Source: Vulcanimicrobiota bacterium (lineage in GTDB: Bacteria > Vulcanimicrobiota > Vulcanimicrobiia > Vulcanimicrobiales > Vulcanimicrobiaceae). From it: a stretch of DNA of 64,000 nucleotides. A model generated the notes under the pieces. The model had not been told where the DNA came from. It saw nothing but the letters and a program-made list of their open reading frames with translations, and did no database searches. This document shows positions 51,413 to 61,737 of this stretch, in pieces. Location of the stretch: the NCBI GenBank assembly GCA_963733295.1, contig CAVTCS010000003.1, positions 768,001 to 832,000 of the forward strand, given 5' to 3'. How positions within the stretch are numbered: the first letter of the stretch is position 1; every line of letters begins with the position of its first letter. Both the position numbers and the translations under genes were made by a program.

Positions 51413-52116
51413 CAGCCGAGGTACGCTTCGACGACCGCGGGATCGCGTTTGATCTCGGCGGGCGTACCCTCGGCGATGCGTTCGCCGAAGTTCAGAACGA
51501 CGACGCGATCGCAGACGGCCGTGACGAGCGACATGTCGTGCTCGACCAGCAGCACCCCCGCTCCGGCAGCCGCCGCGTCGCGAATGACGGCGCGCAACTC
51601 CTGGGTTTCGCGAGGGTTGAGTCCCGCCGCCGGCTCGTCGAGCAAGAGTAACTCGGGCTCGCTCGCGCGGGCGCGCGCGATCTCGAGCCGGCGCTGCTCG
51701 CCGTATGGGAGCGCGGCGGCGCGCCGCCGCAAATCCGGCACGTGCAGCGCCGTCTGCGCGAGAAGGGCTCGAATGGCGGCGTCGTCGAGCCGGCCGCGCC
51801 GCCGAAACGCCCCGGCACGAACGTTTTCGGCGATCGAGAGCGTTCCGAACAGACGAATGTTTTGATACGTTCGCGCGACGCCCGCCTGCGCGATGCGGTG
51901 CGGCGCGAGGCGGTCCAGGCGAACCTCGCCGAGGCGAATCGTTCCGGTGCGCACACGCACGATTCCGGTTACCGCATTGATCAAGGAGGTCTTGCCGGCA
52001 CCGTTCGGCCCGATCAACCCCACGACGCTACCCGCCGGCACGCGCAAGTTGACGGCGTCGAGCGCGCGCACTCCACCGTACTGAACTTGCAATCGGTCGA
52101 CGATCAGATCGCTCAC
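51412..52116 (-). CDS. livG: LIV-type ABC ATPase
   Basis: GPNGAGKTS, ARTYQNIRLF, LPYGEQRRLEIARA; GTG start 52116. Confidence 0.92.
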   Translation of the reverse strand: MSDLIVDRLQVQYGGVRALDAVNLRVPAGSVVGLIGPNGAGKTSLINAVTGIVRVRTGTIRLGEVRLDRLAPHRIAQAGVARTYQNIRLFGTLSIAENVRAGAFRRRGRLDDAAIRALLAQTALHVPDLRRRAAALPYGEQRRLEIARARASEPELLLLDEPAAGLNPRETQELRAVIRDAAAAGAGVLLVEHDMSLVTAVCDRVVVLNFGERIAEGTPAEIKRDPAVVEAYLG

Positions 52117-52937
52117 GTGCGCCGCTTCCACAGTCCCGACAAGCCGTCGGGTGCGAACAGCACGATCGCGAGCAAGATCGCGCCGCTCGAGACGTCTCGA
52201 TAGTCGTTGAGAAAGCGCACCGCTTCGGGCAGGACCGTCAGCAACGCTGCCCCCAGTGCCGCTCCGATCGAACTCGTCACCCCGCCGATCACGCATGCCA
52301 CGAGAATTTGCTCCATGCGTCCGAAGCCGAAGTCGCCGGGTGTGATGAAGAAGCTCGAGTGGGCGTAGAGCGCGCCGGCCAGACCGGCCACGAACGCGCC
52401 GGCAACGAGCGTGCCTAGGCGTACGCGGGCGGTGTCGATGCCGACGCCGCGCGCGGCGCTTTCGTCTTCGCGGGTGGCGGCGACCGCAAGGGACGCCTTC
52501 GTATCGCGCAGCACGAAGAGGGCGATACCCGTCGCGGCGAGCGTTCCGTAAATGAGCCACGTGTTCGCGTCGCTCGGGATGTTCGAGAAGCCCTCGGCAC
52601 CGCCGGTCGCGGGAACGTTGATCTCCACGACCCGCGCGATCTCGCCGAAACCGATCGTCGCGATCGCGAGAAAGACGCCGCGCAGCCTGCCGATCGGCCA
52701 TGCCAGCAGGGCAGCGGCGAACGACGCGGCCAGTGCACCGGCGAGGGCTGCGAGCCAAACGTTCCAGCCGTAATTGACCGCGGCAATGGCGCTGACGTAC
52801 GCGGCGATGCCCATGAACGCAGCTTGCGCCAGCGCGAGTTGGCCGGCACGCAACGAGATCGAGAGCGAAACTGCGAGCAGCGCGTTGATTCCGATCTCGT
52901 CGAAGAGTTTCGAATGCGAGGCGAGGAAGGCGAGCAC
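52113..52937 (-). CDS. livM: LIV-type ABC permease
   Basis: GQL.L.QAAFM.I.AY, RLRG.FLAIATIGFGEI, REDE.AA..GI. Confidence 0.9.
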   Translation of the reverse strand: MLAFLASHSKLFDEIGINALLAVSLSISLRAGQLALAQAAFMGIAAYVSAIAAVNYGWNVWLAALAGALAASFAAALLAWPIGRLRGVFLAIATIGFGEIARVVEINVPATGGAEGFSNIPSDANTWLIYGTLAATGIALFVLRDTKASLAVAATREDESAARGVGIDTARVRLGTLVAGAFVAGLAGALYAHSSFFITPGDFGFGRMEQILVACVIGGVTSSIGAALGAALLTVLPEAVRFLNDYRDVSSGAILLAIVLFAPDGLSGLWKRRT

Positions 52938-52947
52938 GGCCGCCTCG

Positions 52948-53826
52948 TCAGGCCGTTCGCAGCGCGCGTTTACCCAGAAGTCCCGCGGGACGCAGGACCA
53001 GGATCAGGAACATCACGCCGAACGCGATCGCGTCGCGGTAGCTCGAAGAGATGTAAGCGACGGACAGCGTTTCAACGACGCCGAGGATCAGGGCGCCGAT
53101 CACGGCACCGGTAATGCTGCCCATGCCCCCGAGGACGATGATCGCGAGACCTTTGAGTTCGATGCGCGACCCCATCTGCAAGCTGACGCTGTCGTACTGC
53201 AACCCGATCAAGATGCCGGCGGCGCCCCCGAGCGCCGAGGCGATGAAGAAGGTCAACGCGATCGTTCGCTCGAGATCGACCCCGAGCAGCGCCGCGGCGA
53301 TCCGGTCGTCCGCGACGGCGCGGATGTTCCGGCCCAGCGCGGTCGAGCGAATCGTGTAACTTAAGAGAAGCATCAAGGCCAAGGCCACGCCGAGAATCGT
53401 CAGGTCGAGCGCCCCGAAGGTGAACGGACCCGCGTGAAAACGAGTCGCGAACTGCGAGCTGCCGGGAAAGCGCAATTCGTCGGGTCCGTAGAAACCGCGC
53501 AACGCGCCGCCGATGATGATCGCCACGCCGATGCTCGAGATGAGCGGCACGAGCGTCCCGGCGTTGCGCCTGCGCAGCGGCGCGAAGGCGACTCGATCGA
53601 GCAGCACGCCCATGAGGCCGGCCACGGCGACCGCCACGAGAAAGGCGGCCGGCAGCGGCAGGTGTGCTCCGATGAGACTCAGTGCGACGAACGCGGCCGC
53701 CGTGAAGATCGCCGCGTGGGCCAGATTGAGGATGTCGAGGACGCCGAAGACGAGCGTGTACCCGATCGCGAAGAGCGCGTAAACCGCTCCGATGAAGACA
53801 CCGTTCGCGACCTGCTGCGCGAGCAA
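52948..53826 (-). CDS. livH: LIV-type ABC permease
   Basis: YAL.AIGYTLVFGVL...NLAH, G..IRAVA, LGGMGS..GA. Confidence 0.93.
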   Translation of the reverse strand: MLAQQVANGVFIGAVYALFAIGYTLVFGVLDILNLAHAAIFTAAAFVALSLIGAHLPLPAAFLVAVAVAGLMGVLLDRVAFAPLRRRNAGTLVPLISSIGVAIIIGGALRGFYGPDELRFPGSSQFATRFHAGPFTFGALDLTILGVALALMLLLSYTIRSTALGRNIRAVADDRIAAALLGVDLERTIALTFFIASALGGAAGILIGLQYDSVSLQMGSRIELKGLAIIVLGGMGSITGAVIGALILGVVETLSVAYISSSYRDAIAFGVMFLILVLRPAGLLGKRALRTA

Positions 53827-53838
53827 TTCAGTGGGACA

Positions 53839-54966
53839 CTACTTCAGGTACGCAAACGCGTTGCCGGAAACTTGTAAGATCGCGCTCGCGGCGCGGACGT
53901 CGCGCGACGGATAGAAGGCGACCGGTCCCAGCACGGTCGGCACCACGGGCAACTTCTTGAAGGCGGCGCAGAACTGCTCCGAGGTGGTCGCACCGTCCTT
54001 GACGGTGCGCGCTACGATCTGCGCGGCCGCGTAGGCTTGTGCCGCGAATTGGTCGGGACCGCTTCCATATTTTGCGGTGTAACGCCGGACGAAGTCGCGG
54101 TTCCCCGTATAGCTGTTGCCGAGGAAGTAGGCCGCGCCGACGACGACGCCTTCGGCCGCCGGTCCTGCGTTCGAGATGAACTTCGGCGAGTTGAGCCCAT
54201 TGCCGCCGATGAGGTGGGCCTTGATTCCGCTCTGACGCGCTTGCACGACGATCTTCACCGCTTCGTCGAGCAGCGCTCCTACGACGATGAGATCTGGTTT
54301 GGCGGCGGCGATCTTCGTCAGCTGGGCCTTGAAATCGACGTCGCCCTTGTGGTAGGTCTCGACGTCGACGATTTGCACGCCGTTCTTATCGAGCGCCGAG
54401 TGGAAGATGTCGTAGTCGGATTTCGTGAACTGGTCGTCGTCGCCGTAGATGATCGCCGCCGTCTTGACCTTCCACAGCTTCACGACGCGCGCGACCGCCT
54501 CGGGAACGACTTGGTCCTCGGAGAGCGCGTCGCGAAAGACGCAGGGTCCCATGGTGGTGATGCCGCTCGCCGTATTCGAGATTGCGAGGATCGTCAGGTT
54601 CGCCTTGACGGCTAGCGGGTCGGCTTTCTTGGCTTCGGACGAAAGCGTCGGGCCGATCAGCAGCGCCGAGCCGTCGCTCGAAAAGTGCTGGACGAGGTTG
54701 ACGACTTGGCCCGCGTCGCTTGCGGAATCCTGAACGTCGAAGGTGAGATTTGCGCCGCCGGCGTCAAGCCTGCCGGCTTTGAGGTCCTCGCTCGCGAGCT
54801 CGAAAGCGTTCTTTTGCGAGGTGCCGTACGCACCCGCCGAACCGGTGACGTCGGCGATGACGCCGACTTTGACGTCCTTCCCGGCCGCCGGCCCGTTCGC
54901 GGCGAACGCGATCGCCGCGCTCGACATGCAAAGAAGCGCCGCGATGACGGCGGATTGGACGCGCAT
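53839..54966 (-). CDS. LIV-type ABC substrate-binding protein
   Basis: Signal peptide, TG....YG, GPTLS, DF.AQLTKI, GGNG; GGAGG SD before ATG 54966. Confidence 0.9.
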   Translation of the reverse strand: MRVQSAVIAALLCMSSAAIAFAANGPAAGKDVKVGVIADVTGSAGAYGTSQKNAFELASEDLKAGRLDAGGANLTFDVQDSASDAGQVVNLVQHFSSDGSALLIGPTLSSEAKKADPLAVKANLTILAISNTASGITTMGPCVFRDALSEDQVVPEAVARVVKLWKVKTAAIIYGDDDQFTKSDYDIFHSALDKNGVQIVDVETYHKGDVDFKAQLTKIAAAKPDLIVVGALLDEAVKIVVQARQSGIKAHLIGGNGLNSPKFISNAGPAAEGVVVGAAYFLGNSYTGNRDFVRRYTAKYGSGPDQFAAQAYAAAQIVARTVKDGATTSEQFCAAFKKLPVVPTVLGPVAFYPSRDVRAASAILQVSGNAFAYLK

Positions 54967-55004
54967 CGGTTCCCTCCGGTTCGTAAATCGAATGAGTGGG
55001 CGCG

Positions 55005-55838
55005 TTAGACGCTCCCGGCGGCGCTCCCCCTTTGGCCTCGAGACGTCCCGAGGTACGGACGCAACTCGCGCATGAATCGAGCCAAGCGTTCGCCGCCCGT
55101 GGCCGGCGGCAGCGCCGTGTAGACGACGATCACGCAGCGCGTGCCGTCCGCCAGTTCGAGGATGCCGCCGTCGTGCGAGACCTCGCTCGTCTCGCCGGTC
55201 TTGTGCGCGAAACGGTCGCCTTCGTCGAGGCCGCCGGAAAGCTTGTCGTTCCACTCTTGGGCGAGCAGCGTCTCGAACAGCCACGAGTTTTCGCCGGGAG
55301 CCGGAAGCGCGATCCGCTCGAACAACGCGGCGGCATCGTGCGCCGGATGGGCGTTGCGCCCGGTCGCGCCAGGGTCGGCGATCAGCGGCAGCGAGCCCGA
55401 AAGCCTGCGACGAACCGCGGTGTCGCCGAGGCCCCAGGCTCGGCAGCGTTCGGTGATCCGGTCGCGTCCCAGGAAGTCGATCAGGACGTTGGTCGCCACA
55501 TTGTCGGAGCGGGTCAACATGAGGCGTCCGAGCTCCTCGAGGCTCGCCCTGCGGCCTGCCTCAAGCGGTGTGGGCAGGTCGTTCGAGGTCAAGTGCTCCG
55601 GGAGGACTTCGACCTGCGAGCCGGGCTGAGCCGAACCGCTCCGCCAGCACTCGCAGAGCGCGGCGGCGATCGGCACTTTGATCATGCTGGCGGGTGCGAG
55701 TTCGACGCTCCCAGCCGGCCTGAGGCTGAGCTGCCCTCCGTCGGGCAGCGCCTTGATCTCGACAGCGGGGTCGCCCAGCTCCGCCGCGGCTGCCAGAGCT
55801 GAAACCAACTCGGGGGTCAGGGCGTATAAGTTATGCAA
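55005..55838 (-). CDS. Class A beta-lactamase-like serine hydrolase (no signal peptide)
   Basis: ASMIK (SxxK), SDN, HKTG, HD.G. Confidence 0.9.
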   Translation of the reverse strand: MHNLYALTPELVSALAAAAELGDPAVEIKALPDGGQLSLRPAGSVELAPASMIKVPIAAALCECWRSGSAQPGSQVEVLPEHLTSNDLPTPLEAGRRASLEELGRLMLTRSDNVATNVLIDFLGRDRITERCRAWGLGDTAVRRRLSGSLPLIADPGATGRNAHPAHDAAALFERIALPAPGENSWLFETLLAQEWNDKLSGGLDEGDRFAHKTGETSEVSHDGGILELADGTRCVIVVYTALPPATGGERLARFMRELRPYLGTSRGQRGSAAGSV

Positions 55839-55876
55839 GCATGTACTCGCACTCGCTGCTCGGAAGGTAGCTTATC

Positions 55877-56284
55877 GTGTCCGCTTCTGCCGAAGCCGTT
55901 CTTTCCCTCAAAAAGCCCGTTACACCGGAGGCTTTGAGCGCGCTTGCGGCGTCTGCCGCGGCCGCCGTGGCTGCGGGCGCGGAGCGGGTCGTCGTCGACA
56001 TCGACGACGTCGGGGTCTTGGACTCGCAGTTGATTTCGGGATTGATTTCGCTCCTGCGCGAGGTACGCGAGCGCGGCGGCGACGTGACGCTGCTGGCCGA
56101 ACGCAAGAGCATCTTGGACACGCTGCGGATTACCGCCCTGGACAAGATCTTCACGCTCGAGCCGCCGCGCGCGCCGCTACCTGCGGAGCTTCCCGCGACG
56201 CGCCTGCGCGATTCACGGCGCCGCCTTGCCTCGCTTGCCGTGCTCTTGTTGGCGCTGGCCGGCCTGCCGGGACGGCCGCTCTGA
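55877..56284 (+). CDS. STAS-domain protein (anti-anti-sigma-like) with hydrophobic C-tail
   Basis: VVVD...V..LDS.....L, L.IT.LDKIF. Confidence 0.8.
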   Translation: MSASAEAVLSLKKPVTPEALSALAASAAAAVAAGAERVVVDIDDVGVLDSQLISGLISLLREVRERGGDVTLLAERKSILDTLRITALDKIFTLEPPRAPLPAELPATRLRDSRRRLASLAVLLLALAGLPGRPL

Positions 56285-56889
56285 CGCACCTGCGCGCGCT
56301 CGATTCGGCGCGCACCTCGGTCGATCAAACTCGCTTGCGTATCCTCGCGGCGACGCGCGAACTCTACGCGAGCAAAGGAAGTCGCGGTACGACGACCCGC
56401 GAAGTTGCAGACCGTGCCGGCGTTAACGAAGCGACCGTCTTCCGCCACTTCGGGACCAAGCAGCAGCTCATCTCCGCGATGCTCGACCATTACACGGGTT
56501 CGACGGCGAACCCCGAGTTGTACGAGAGCCTGCGCAGCATGCCCGGCATCGAGCGGCAGCTGCGCGCGCTCGGGTGGGCGGCCGTCGAGGCGATCACGCG
56601 CAAACAGGACCTCATCAAGATTGGACTCGCGGAAGAGATCTCTAACCCCGAAGGGACCGATTGCGCGTGGCGCGCACCGGTCGAAGCGCGCTTGGCGCTG
56701 GCGGATTTCATGCGCGAACGGATCGAGGCGGGCGATTTGCGCGGGAGACCGGAGGTCCTCGCGCGCGTCTTCATGTCGCTCTTTTTCTCATATGTAATCG
56801 GCCGCCGCATTTGGGCAGAAGATAGCGATCCCGAGAGCGCGATCGAACAATGCGTCGACATTTTTCTCCACGGAGCACGAGCGAACTGA
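56281..56889 (+). CDS. TetR-family transcriptional regulator
   Basis: IL.A..ELY...G..GTTTREVA.RAGV....VFRHF.TK; probable CTG start overlapping the STAS stop. Confidence 0.9.
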   Translation: MTHLRALDSARTSVDQTRLRILAATRELYASKGSRGTTTREVADRAGVNEATVFRHFGTKQQLISAMLDHYTGSTANPELYESLRSMPGIERQLRALGWAAVEAITRKQDLIKIGLAEEISNPEGTDCAWRAPVEARLALADFMRERIEAGDLRGRPEVLARVFMSLFFSYVIGRRIWAEDSDPESAIEQCVDIFLHGARAN

Positions 56890-56891
56890 CT

Positions 56892-58280
56892 ATGGAAACC
56901 AGAACTCAGCCGGCCGCACCGCCGCCGGCGCGCGTCGAAAGCGAGCCGCCCGGCGAGGCGCCGAATGGGGGCATCGAGCCGAAGTCGCCGCCCGAGCGGC
57001 GCGTGCTGATCTTCAGCGCGGCCGGCATTGCGCTCGTCATCGCTTTGATTTTCGGCATACGTTTCTTGATTTACGCGCTCGCCCACGAGTCGACCGACGA
57101 TGCGCAGATCGACGCCGATCTCGTCGAGGTCACCAGCAAAATCTCCGAGCGCGTCGACCGCATCCTCGTCGACACCAATCAGCACGTTTCGAAGGGTCAA
57201 CTCTTGGTCCAACTCGACGACGTCGACGAGCGGCAGCGCGTCGCTCAGGCGCAAGCGGCGCTCGACGCGCAGCTGGCGCAAGCCAACGCCGCGCGAGAGA
57301 ACGTTTCGCTCACAAGCGATCAGCAGCGCGCGCAGAACGAGCAGTACGCGGGCGGCATCTCGCAGGCGAGCGCCAACCGGCGCAGCGCCGCGGCGCAGGC
57401 TACTTCCCAAGAGCAAGAGATTTCAGCCTTGGTCGCGGGCGTCGACGCGGCGCGAGCTCAGCTCAAAGCCGCGCAAGACGGCGTGCCCAGTGCGCGGCAG
57501 AACCTCGCAAAGGCACAAGCGGACCTTACCCGCACGCAATCGCTGGTACGCACCGGCGACCTATCGGTCTCGCAGCTCGACACCTCCCAGGCGAACTTTG
57601 CCGCGGCAAACTCGTCCTACTCGCAATCCTTGGCGACCGTCGCCGCGGCCCAGGCAAACGTGGTTCAGGCGCAGCAACGGGTCGACGCGCAGCGCGCGGC
57701 GGCGAGTGCCGCCTTCGCCCAAATCGGCGTGCAGCGTGGCGCGGTAACGACGGCCCAGGGCCGTCTGGCTGAAAGTGCAGCCCCAAGTCGCGTTCCGGCC
57801 CAGCAAGCGCAGGCGAACGCGGCGGCCGCGCAGGCGGAGTCGTATCAAGCCCAACTCGCCAACGCTCGGAATCAGCTGTCCTATACGCGCATCGCCTCGC
57901 CGATCAACGGCTACGTCGGACAGAAGAACGTCGAAGTCGGCCAAACTGTCTCGCCCGGCGAGTCCCTCATGACGCTCGTTCCGGCGAATCACGTTTACGT
58001 GACCGCGAACTTCAAGGAGACGCAGCTCAAGAACATGCGCGTCGGACAGCCGGTCGACATCTCGGTCGACGCCTGCCACGGCATTCCGCTGTACGGCCAC
58101 GTAGAGAATCTGTCCCCGGCCGCGCAAAACAAGTTCAGCCTCGTGCCGCCTCAAAACGCGACGGGTAACTTCGTGAAGGTCACCCAGCGCTTGCCCGTCC
58201 GCATCGCTTTCGATAATCCCGACCCGCGCTGCCCGCTGCGGCCCGGACTCTCCGTAGTAGCCTCCGTCAAGGTCAAGTAG
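56892..58280 (+). CDS. emrA: HlyD/EmrA-type membrane fusion protein
   Basis: STDDAQ, long coiled coil, ANFKETQL, PPQNATGNFVKV.QR.PV. Confidence 0.92.
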   Translation: METRTQPAAPPPARVESEPPGEAPNGGIEPKSPPERRVLIFSAAGIALVIALIFGIRFLIYALAHESTDDAQIDADLVEVTSKISERVDRILVDTNQHVSKGQLLVQLDDVDERQRVAQAQAALDAQLAQANAARENVSLTSDQQRAQNEQYAGGISQASANRRSAAAQATSQEQEISALVAGVDAARAQLKAAQDGVPSARQNLAKAQADLTRTQSLVRTGDLSVSQLDTSQANFAAANSSYSQSLATVAAAQANVVQAQQRVDAQRAAASAAFAQIGVQRGAVTTAQGRLAESAAPSRVPAQQAQANAAAAQAESYQAQLANARNQLSYTRIASPINGYVGQKNVEVGQTVSPGESLMTLVPANHVYVTANFKETQLKNMRVGQPVDISVDACHGIPLYGHVENLSPAAQNKFSLVPPQNATGNFVKVTQRLPVRIAFDNPDPRCPLRPGLSVVASVKVK

Positions 58281-58285
58281 GGGTT

Positions 58286-59869
58286 ATGGCCACCGCGCTC
58301 GCGCTTCCGCGCAACGGCGCGAGTTTCGGCCACGTCGTGCCGGACGTGCCGCGCGACGTCGTCGAGCGCGGCTGGCGCCTCGGCGTCATCACGCTCGCGA
58401 TCGTCACGGCGACGTTGCTGGAAATCATCGACGTCACGATCGTCAACGTCGCGCTTCCCAATATCGAGGGGAACTTCGGCGCGAGCGTCGATCAGGCGGC
58501 CTGGATCGGCACGGGTTACATCATCGCCAACGTGATCGTCATCCCGCTCACGCCCTGGCTGCAACGGCGCTTCGGCCGGCGCCAGTACTACGCCGCTTCG
58601 ATCGCGATCTTCACCTTCGCCTCGATCGCGTGCGGCTTTAGCGGTTCGCTCGAGCAGCTCGTCTTTTGGCGCATCGTTCAAGGTCTCGGCGGCGGAGGAC
58701 TGATCTCGACCTCGCAGGCGATCTTACGGGAAACGTTCCCTTCGCAGCAACAAGGCAAAGCCGCCGGCATCTTCGCGATGGGGGTCATCGTCGGCCCGAC
58801 CATCGGCCCGATGTTGGGCGGCATCGTCACCGACCAGCTCTCGTGGCGCTGGGCGTTCTTCATAAACGTCCCGCTCGGGATTCTCGCCTTCGCGCTCGTC
58901 GTTTCGCTGCTTCGCAATCCGGTTCGGCCGCAGAAGCTGGCGCTCGACTACATCGGATTGGGACTGTTGGCGGTCGGCATCGGATCGCTTCAGTACGTGC
59001 TCGATCAGGGCCAGCAGAAGGATTGGTTCGGAGACGAATCGATCGTCGTCTGCTCGGTGCTCGCGGGCTGCGGACTCGTCGCCTTCATCCTCTGGGAGTT
59101 GTTTCAAGAGAAACCGATCGTCGACCTCAGCGTTCTCCGCAACCGCTCGGTCGCCGCGGGGTCCATCCTCGGGATGGTCTTGGGAATCAGCTTGTACGGC
59201 AGCGTCTTGATCCTGCCCCAATACGTGCAAGGTTCGCTCGGCTTCACCGCGACGCTGTCGGGCGAGCTACTCATCTTTCGCGCGGGAGCTGTCATGCTTT
59301 TCACGCCGTTTACCGCCGCCATGGTTTCGCGCAACAAACTCGACCCGCGCATCGTCGTGATGATCGGATTCGTGTTGATCGGAATCTCGAACTTCATGCT
59401 CGCGCAGGTGACGACGCCTCAGGCGGATTTCTGGACGTTTTTCTTGCCGCTCGCGATCAGCGGCATGGGCTTGGCGCAAATCTTCGTGCCGTTGACGGTC
59501 GGGGTTCTCGGATCGGTCGAACCGCGGAAGATTCCCGCGGCTGCGGCAATGTTCAATTTGGCGCGCCAAGTCGGCGGCAGCATCGCGATCGCGGTTCTGG
59601 TAACGATGCTCGCGCGCGAAAATGCCATCCATCAAACCGAACTCGCCTCGCAGGTGACGCTGCACTCGTCGGCCGTCGGGAACTTCGTCCATCAGAGCGG
59701 CGACCTCACCGTCGCGCGGCGTGACCTCGACCGCATCGTCCGCCAACAGGCCGTGATTCTTTCGTACGCCGACACCGCACGCGCGGTTGCGGTCATCTCG
59801 CTCTTGCTCGCGCCGCTGGCGTTTCTGCTGAAGCGCCCGGACAAACCGGCGATCGTCGCCGCAGAATAG
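58286..59869 (+). CDS. emrB: DHA2 MFS efflux permease
   Basis: D.TIVNVALP, GP.IGP.LGG, WRW.F.INVP.G, LQY.LD.GQ..DWF. Confidence 0.93.
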   Translation: MATALALPRNGASFGHVVPDVPRDVVERGWRLGVITLAIVTATLLEIIDVTIVNVALPNIEGNFGASVDQAAWIGTGYIIANVIVIPLTPWLQRRFGRRQYYAASIAIFTFASIACGFSGSLEQLVFWRIVQGLGGGGLISTSQAILRETFPSQQQGKAAGIFAMGVIVGPTIGPMLGGIVTDQLSWRWAFFINVPLGILAFALVVSLLRNPVRPQKLALDYIGLGLLAVGIGSLQYVLDQGQQKDWFGDESIVVCSVLAGCGLVAFILWELFQEKPIVDLSVLRNRSVAAGSILGMVLGISLYGSVLILPQYVQGSLGFTATLSGELLIFRAGAVMLFTPFTAAMVSRNKLDPRIVVMIGFVLIGISNFMLAQVTTPQADFWTFFLPLAISGMGLAQIFVPLTVGVLGSVEPRKIPAAAAMFNLARQVGGSIAIAVLVTMLARENAIHQTELASQVTLHSSAVGNFVHQSGDLTVARRDLDRIVRQQAVILSYADTARAVAVISLLLAPLAFLLKRPDKPAIVAAE

Positions 59870-59880
59870 GAGTAATCCCC

Positions 59881-61731
59881 GTGATCCACTTTTTCGCTTT
59901 GACGCTCGCCGTCGTGGCTCCGGCGGTCGCCGCGAGTCCGGTTCCGGGCCCCGTCGCAACCCCGCTACCGCTCGCGTCGCCTGGGATCATCGCCACCCCG
60001 AACTCGACGGCCGGCCTGATCCTTCCGGCCGTGCCGGCGGTCGCGCCGACCTTTCTCGAGCGCAAACCGCAGGAGCCCTCGGGCGAACTCGTCGGAACCA
60101 GCGGTCCTTTCGTTGGGCTCTCGCTCGACGATGCGGTCGCGATGGCACTCGCGCGCAACACCGATCTCGCCGTTTCACAATCGAACGTGCGCATCGCGAG
60201 GTTCCAAATCGTCGCGGCGCAAGGAGCCTACGATCTGCGCTTTGCTATAGCGCCGTCCTTCGGATTTCAGCAGACTCCGTCGATCAGCGTCTTCGAAGCG
60301 GGCCCCGACGGGAACCCGCTGCAGAACGTGCAGCTCGGCAACAGCGCCGCGCTCACGGCCCTGACGCCGAGCGGCGCCAACCTCTCGCTCATGACCTCGC
60401 TCTCGCGAACGAACAATAACAGCACGGTCAATAGCTTCAACCCGTACTATCAGACCGGCATCGCGTTCAACGTAACGCAGCCGCTCGCGCGCGGGAGGGC
60501 GATCGACGCGAACCGGCGCCAACTTCAACTTTCGGCGATAGGCGCCGGCATCAATAGTGCAAACGCGCTGCTGACCGCTTCGGGGACCATCGCATCCGTG
60601 CTCGACGCATACTACGATCTGGTCGCGGCCTGGCGCAACGTCGGAATCCAAGAGGACGCGCTCTTGCAAGCCAAGGCGCAGAGCGAGAGCAACGCCAGGC
60701 TCGTGCGACAAGGGGCGGCCGCACCGGTCGACGTCGTCGAATCCAATACGCAGGTCGAAGTCTTCCAAGACAACGTCTATTCGGCGATTCAGGACGTCGC
60801 GCGACTGCAGAACCAGCTCAAGCAGCTGACGCTCTCGGATCCGGCCGACCCGATCTGGACGGTCAACATCGTGCCGACCTCTCCGGTCACCGACCTTCCG
60901 CCCGAACCCTCGCTCAACGAACTGATGCTCGACGCGCTCAAGACGCGGCCCGAAGTGGCGGCGCTGCGTGGCCAAATGCAGCAGGCGAACGTCAACACCG
61001 CCTACGCCAAAGACCAAACCAAACCGCAGATCGATCTCAATCTGAACGTCAGCGAAAACGGGTTCGCGGGCAAGGAAACCCCGCTCGACCTCAACCCGCT
61101 CACGCCGCTCTTCTTTGGCCAGACGACGGCGATCAACGAATTGATCGGGCGAGTCAACACGCTGACGCCGACGCTGCCGCCGCTCGTGCCGCTGACTCCC
61201 CCGAATCTTCCGATCGTTCCCTACACGATCGGTGGCGTCAATCAGGCTTACTCCAACATGTTCGCCGGACGTTTTCCGCAGTATTCGATCTCCGCGACGG
61301 TGGGCTTTCCGCTGCGCGACCGCACCGCCGAGGCGAACTATGCGGCCGCGGTCGAGCAGCGCAGGCAGTTGCAGGTTCAGGAGGTCGCCTTGATCCAGCG
61401 CATTGCGGTCGAATCGCGCGACGCGCTGCAAGCCTACCGCTCGGCTCGTTCGCGCCTCATCGCCGCGCGCGCGGCGCGCGAGGCGGCAGAGCAAGTCGCA
61501 GCCAGCGAGTTGCGCAAGTTCCGTGCGGGTCAATCGACCACGTTCTTCGTGCTGCAGCGTCAGGTCGATCTCGCCAACCAGCGCGGACGCGAACTCCAAG
61601 CGCAGACCGATCTCGAGAAAGCGCTGGTCGAACTCGAACGGGTCTCGGGAAACATCTTGGCCGACAACCACGTCAATCTCGCGACCCTCGGAGCTGCGCC
61701 GTTGGGAAAGACGCCCCAGCTCGCGCCCTAG
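59881..61731 (+). CDS. TolC-family outer membrane efflux protein
   Basis: LSL.DAV..AL.RN, QPL, AY..L, RPE, F..G.ST...VL..Q. Confidence 0.9.
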   Translation: MIHFFALTLAVVAPAVAASPVPGPVATPLPLASPGIIATPNSTAGLILPAVPAVAPTFLERKPQEPSGELVGTSGPFVGLSLDDAVAMALARNTDLAVSQSNVRIARFQIVAAQGAYDLRFAIAPSFGFQQTPSISVFEAGPDGNPLQNVQLGNSAALTALTPSGANLSLMTSLSRTNNNSTVNSFNPYYQTGIAFNVTQPLARGRAIDANRRQLQLSAIGAGINSANALLTASGTIASVLDAYYDLVAAWRNVGIQEDALLQAKAQSESNARLVRQGAAAPVDVVESNTQVEVFQDNVYSAIQDVARLQNQLKQLTLSDPADPIWTVNIVPTSPVTDLPPEPSLNELMLDALKTRPEVAALRGQMQQANVNTAYAKDQTKPQIDLNLNVSENGFAGKETPLDLNPLTPLFFGQTTAINELIGRVNTLTPTLPPLVPLTPPNLPIVPYTIGGVNQAYSNMFAGRFPQYSISATVGFPLRDRTAEANYAAAVEQRRQLQVQEVALIQRIAVESRDALQAYRSARSRLIAARAAREAAEQVAASELRKFRAGQSTTFFVLQRQVDLANQRGRELQAQTDLEKALVELERVSGNILADNHVNLATLGAAPLGKTPQLAP

Positions 61732-61737
61732 GTAATT

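Noticed and set aside
55824..55851. Imperfect palindromes as the TetR operator
   Set aside because: Too degenerate and seen only once
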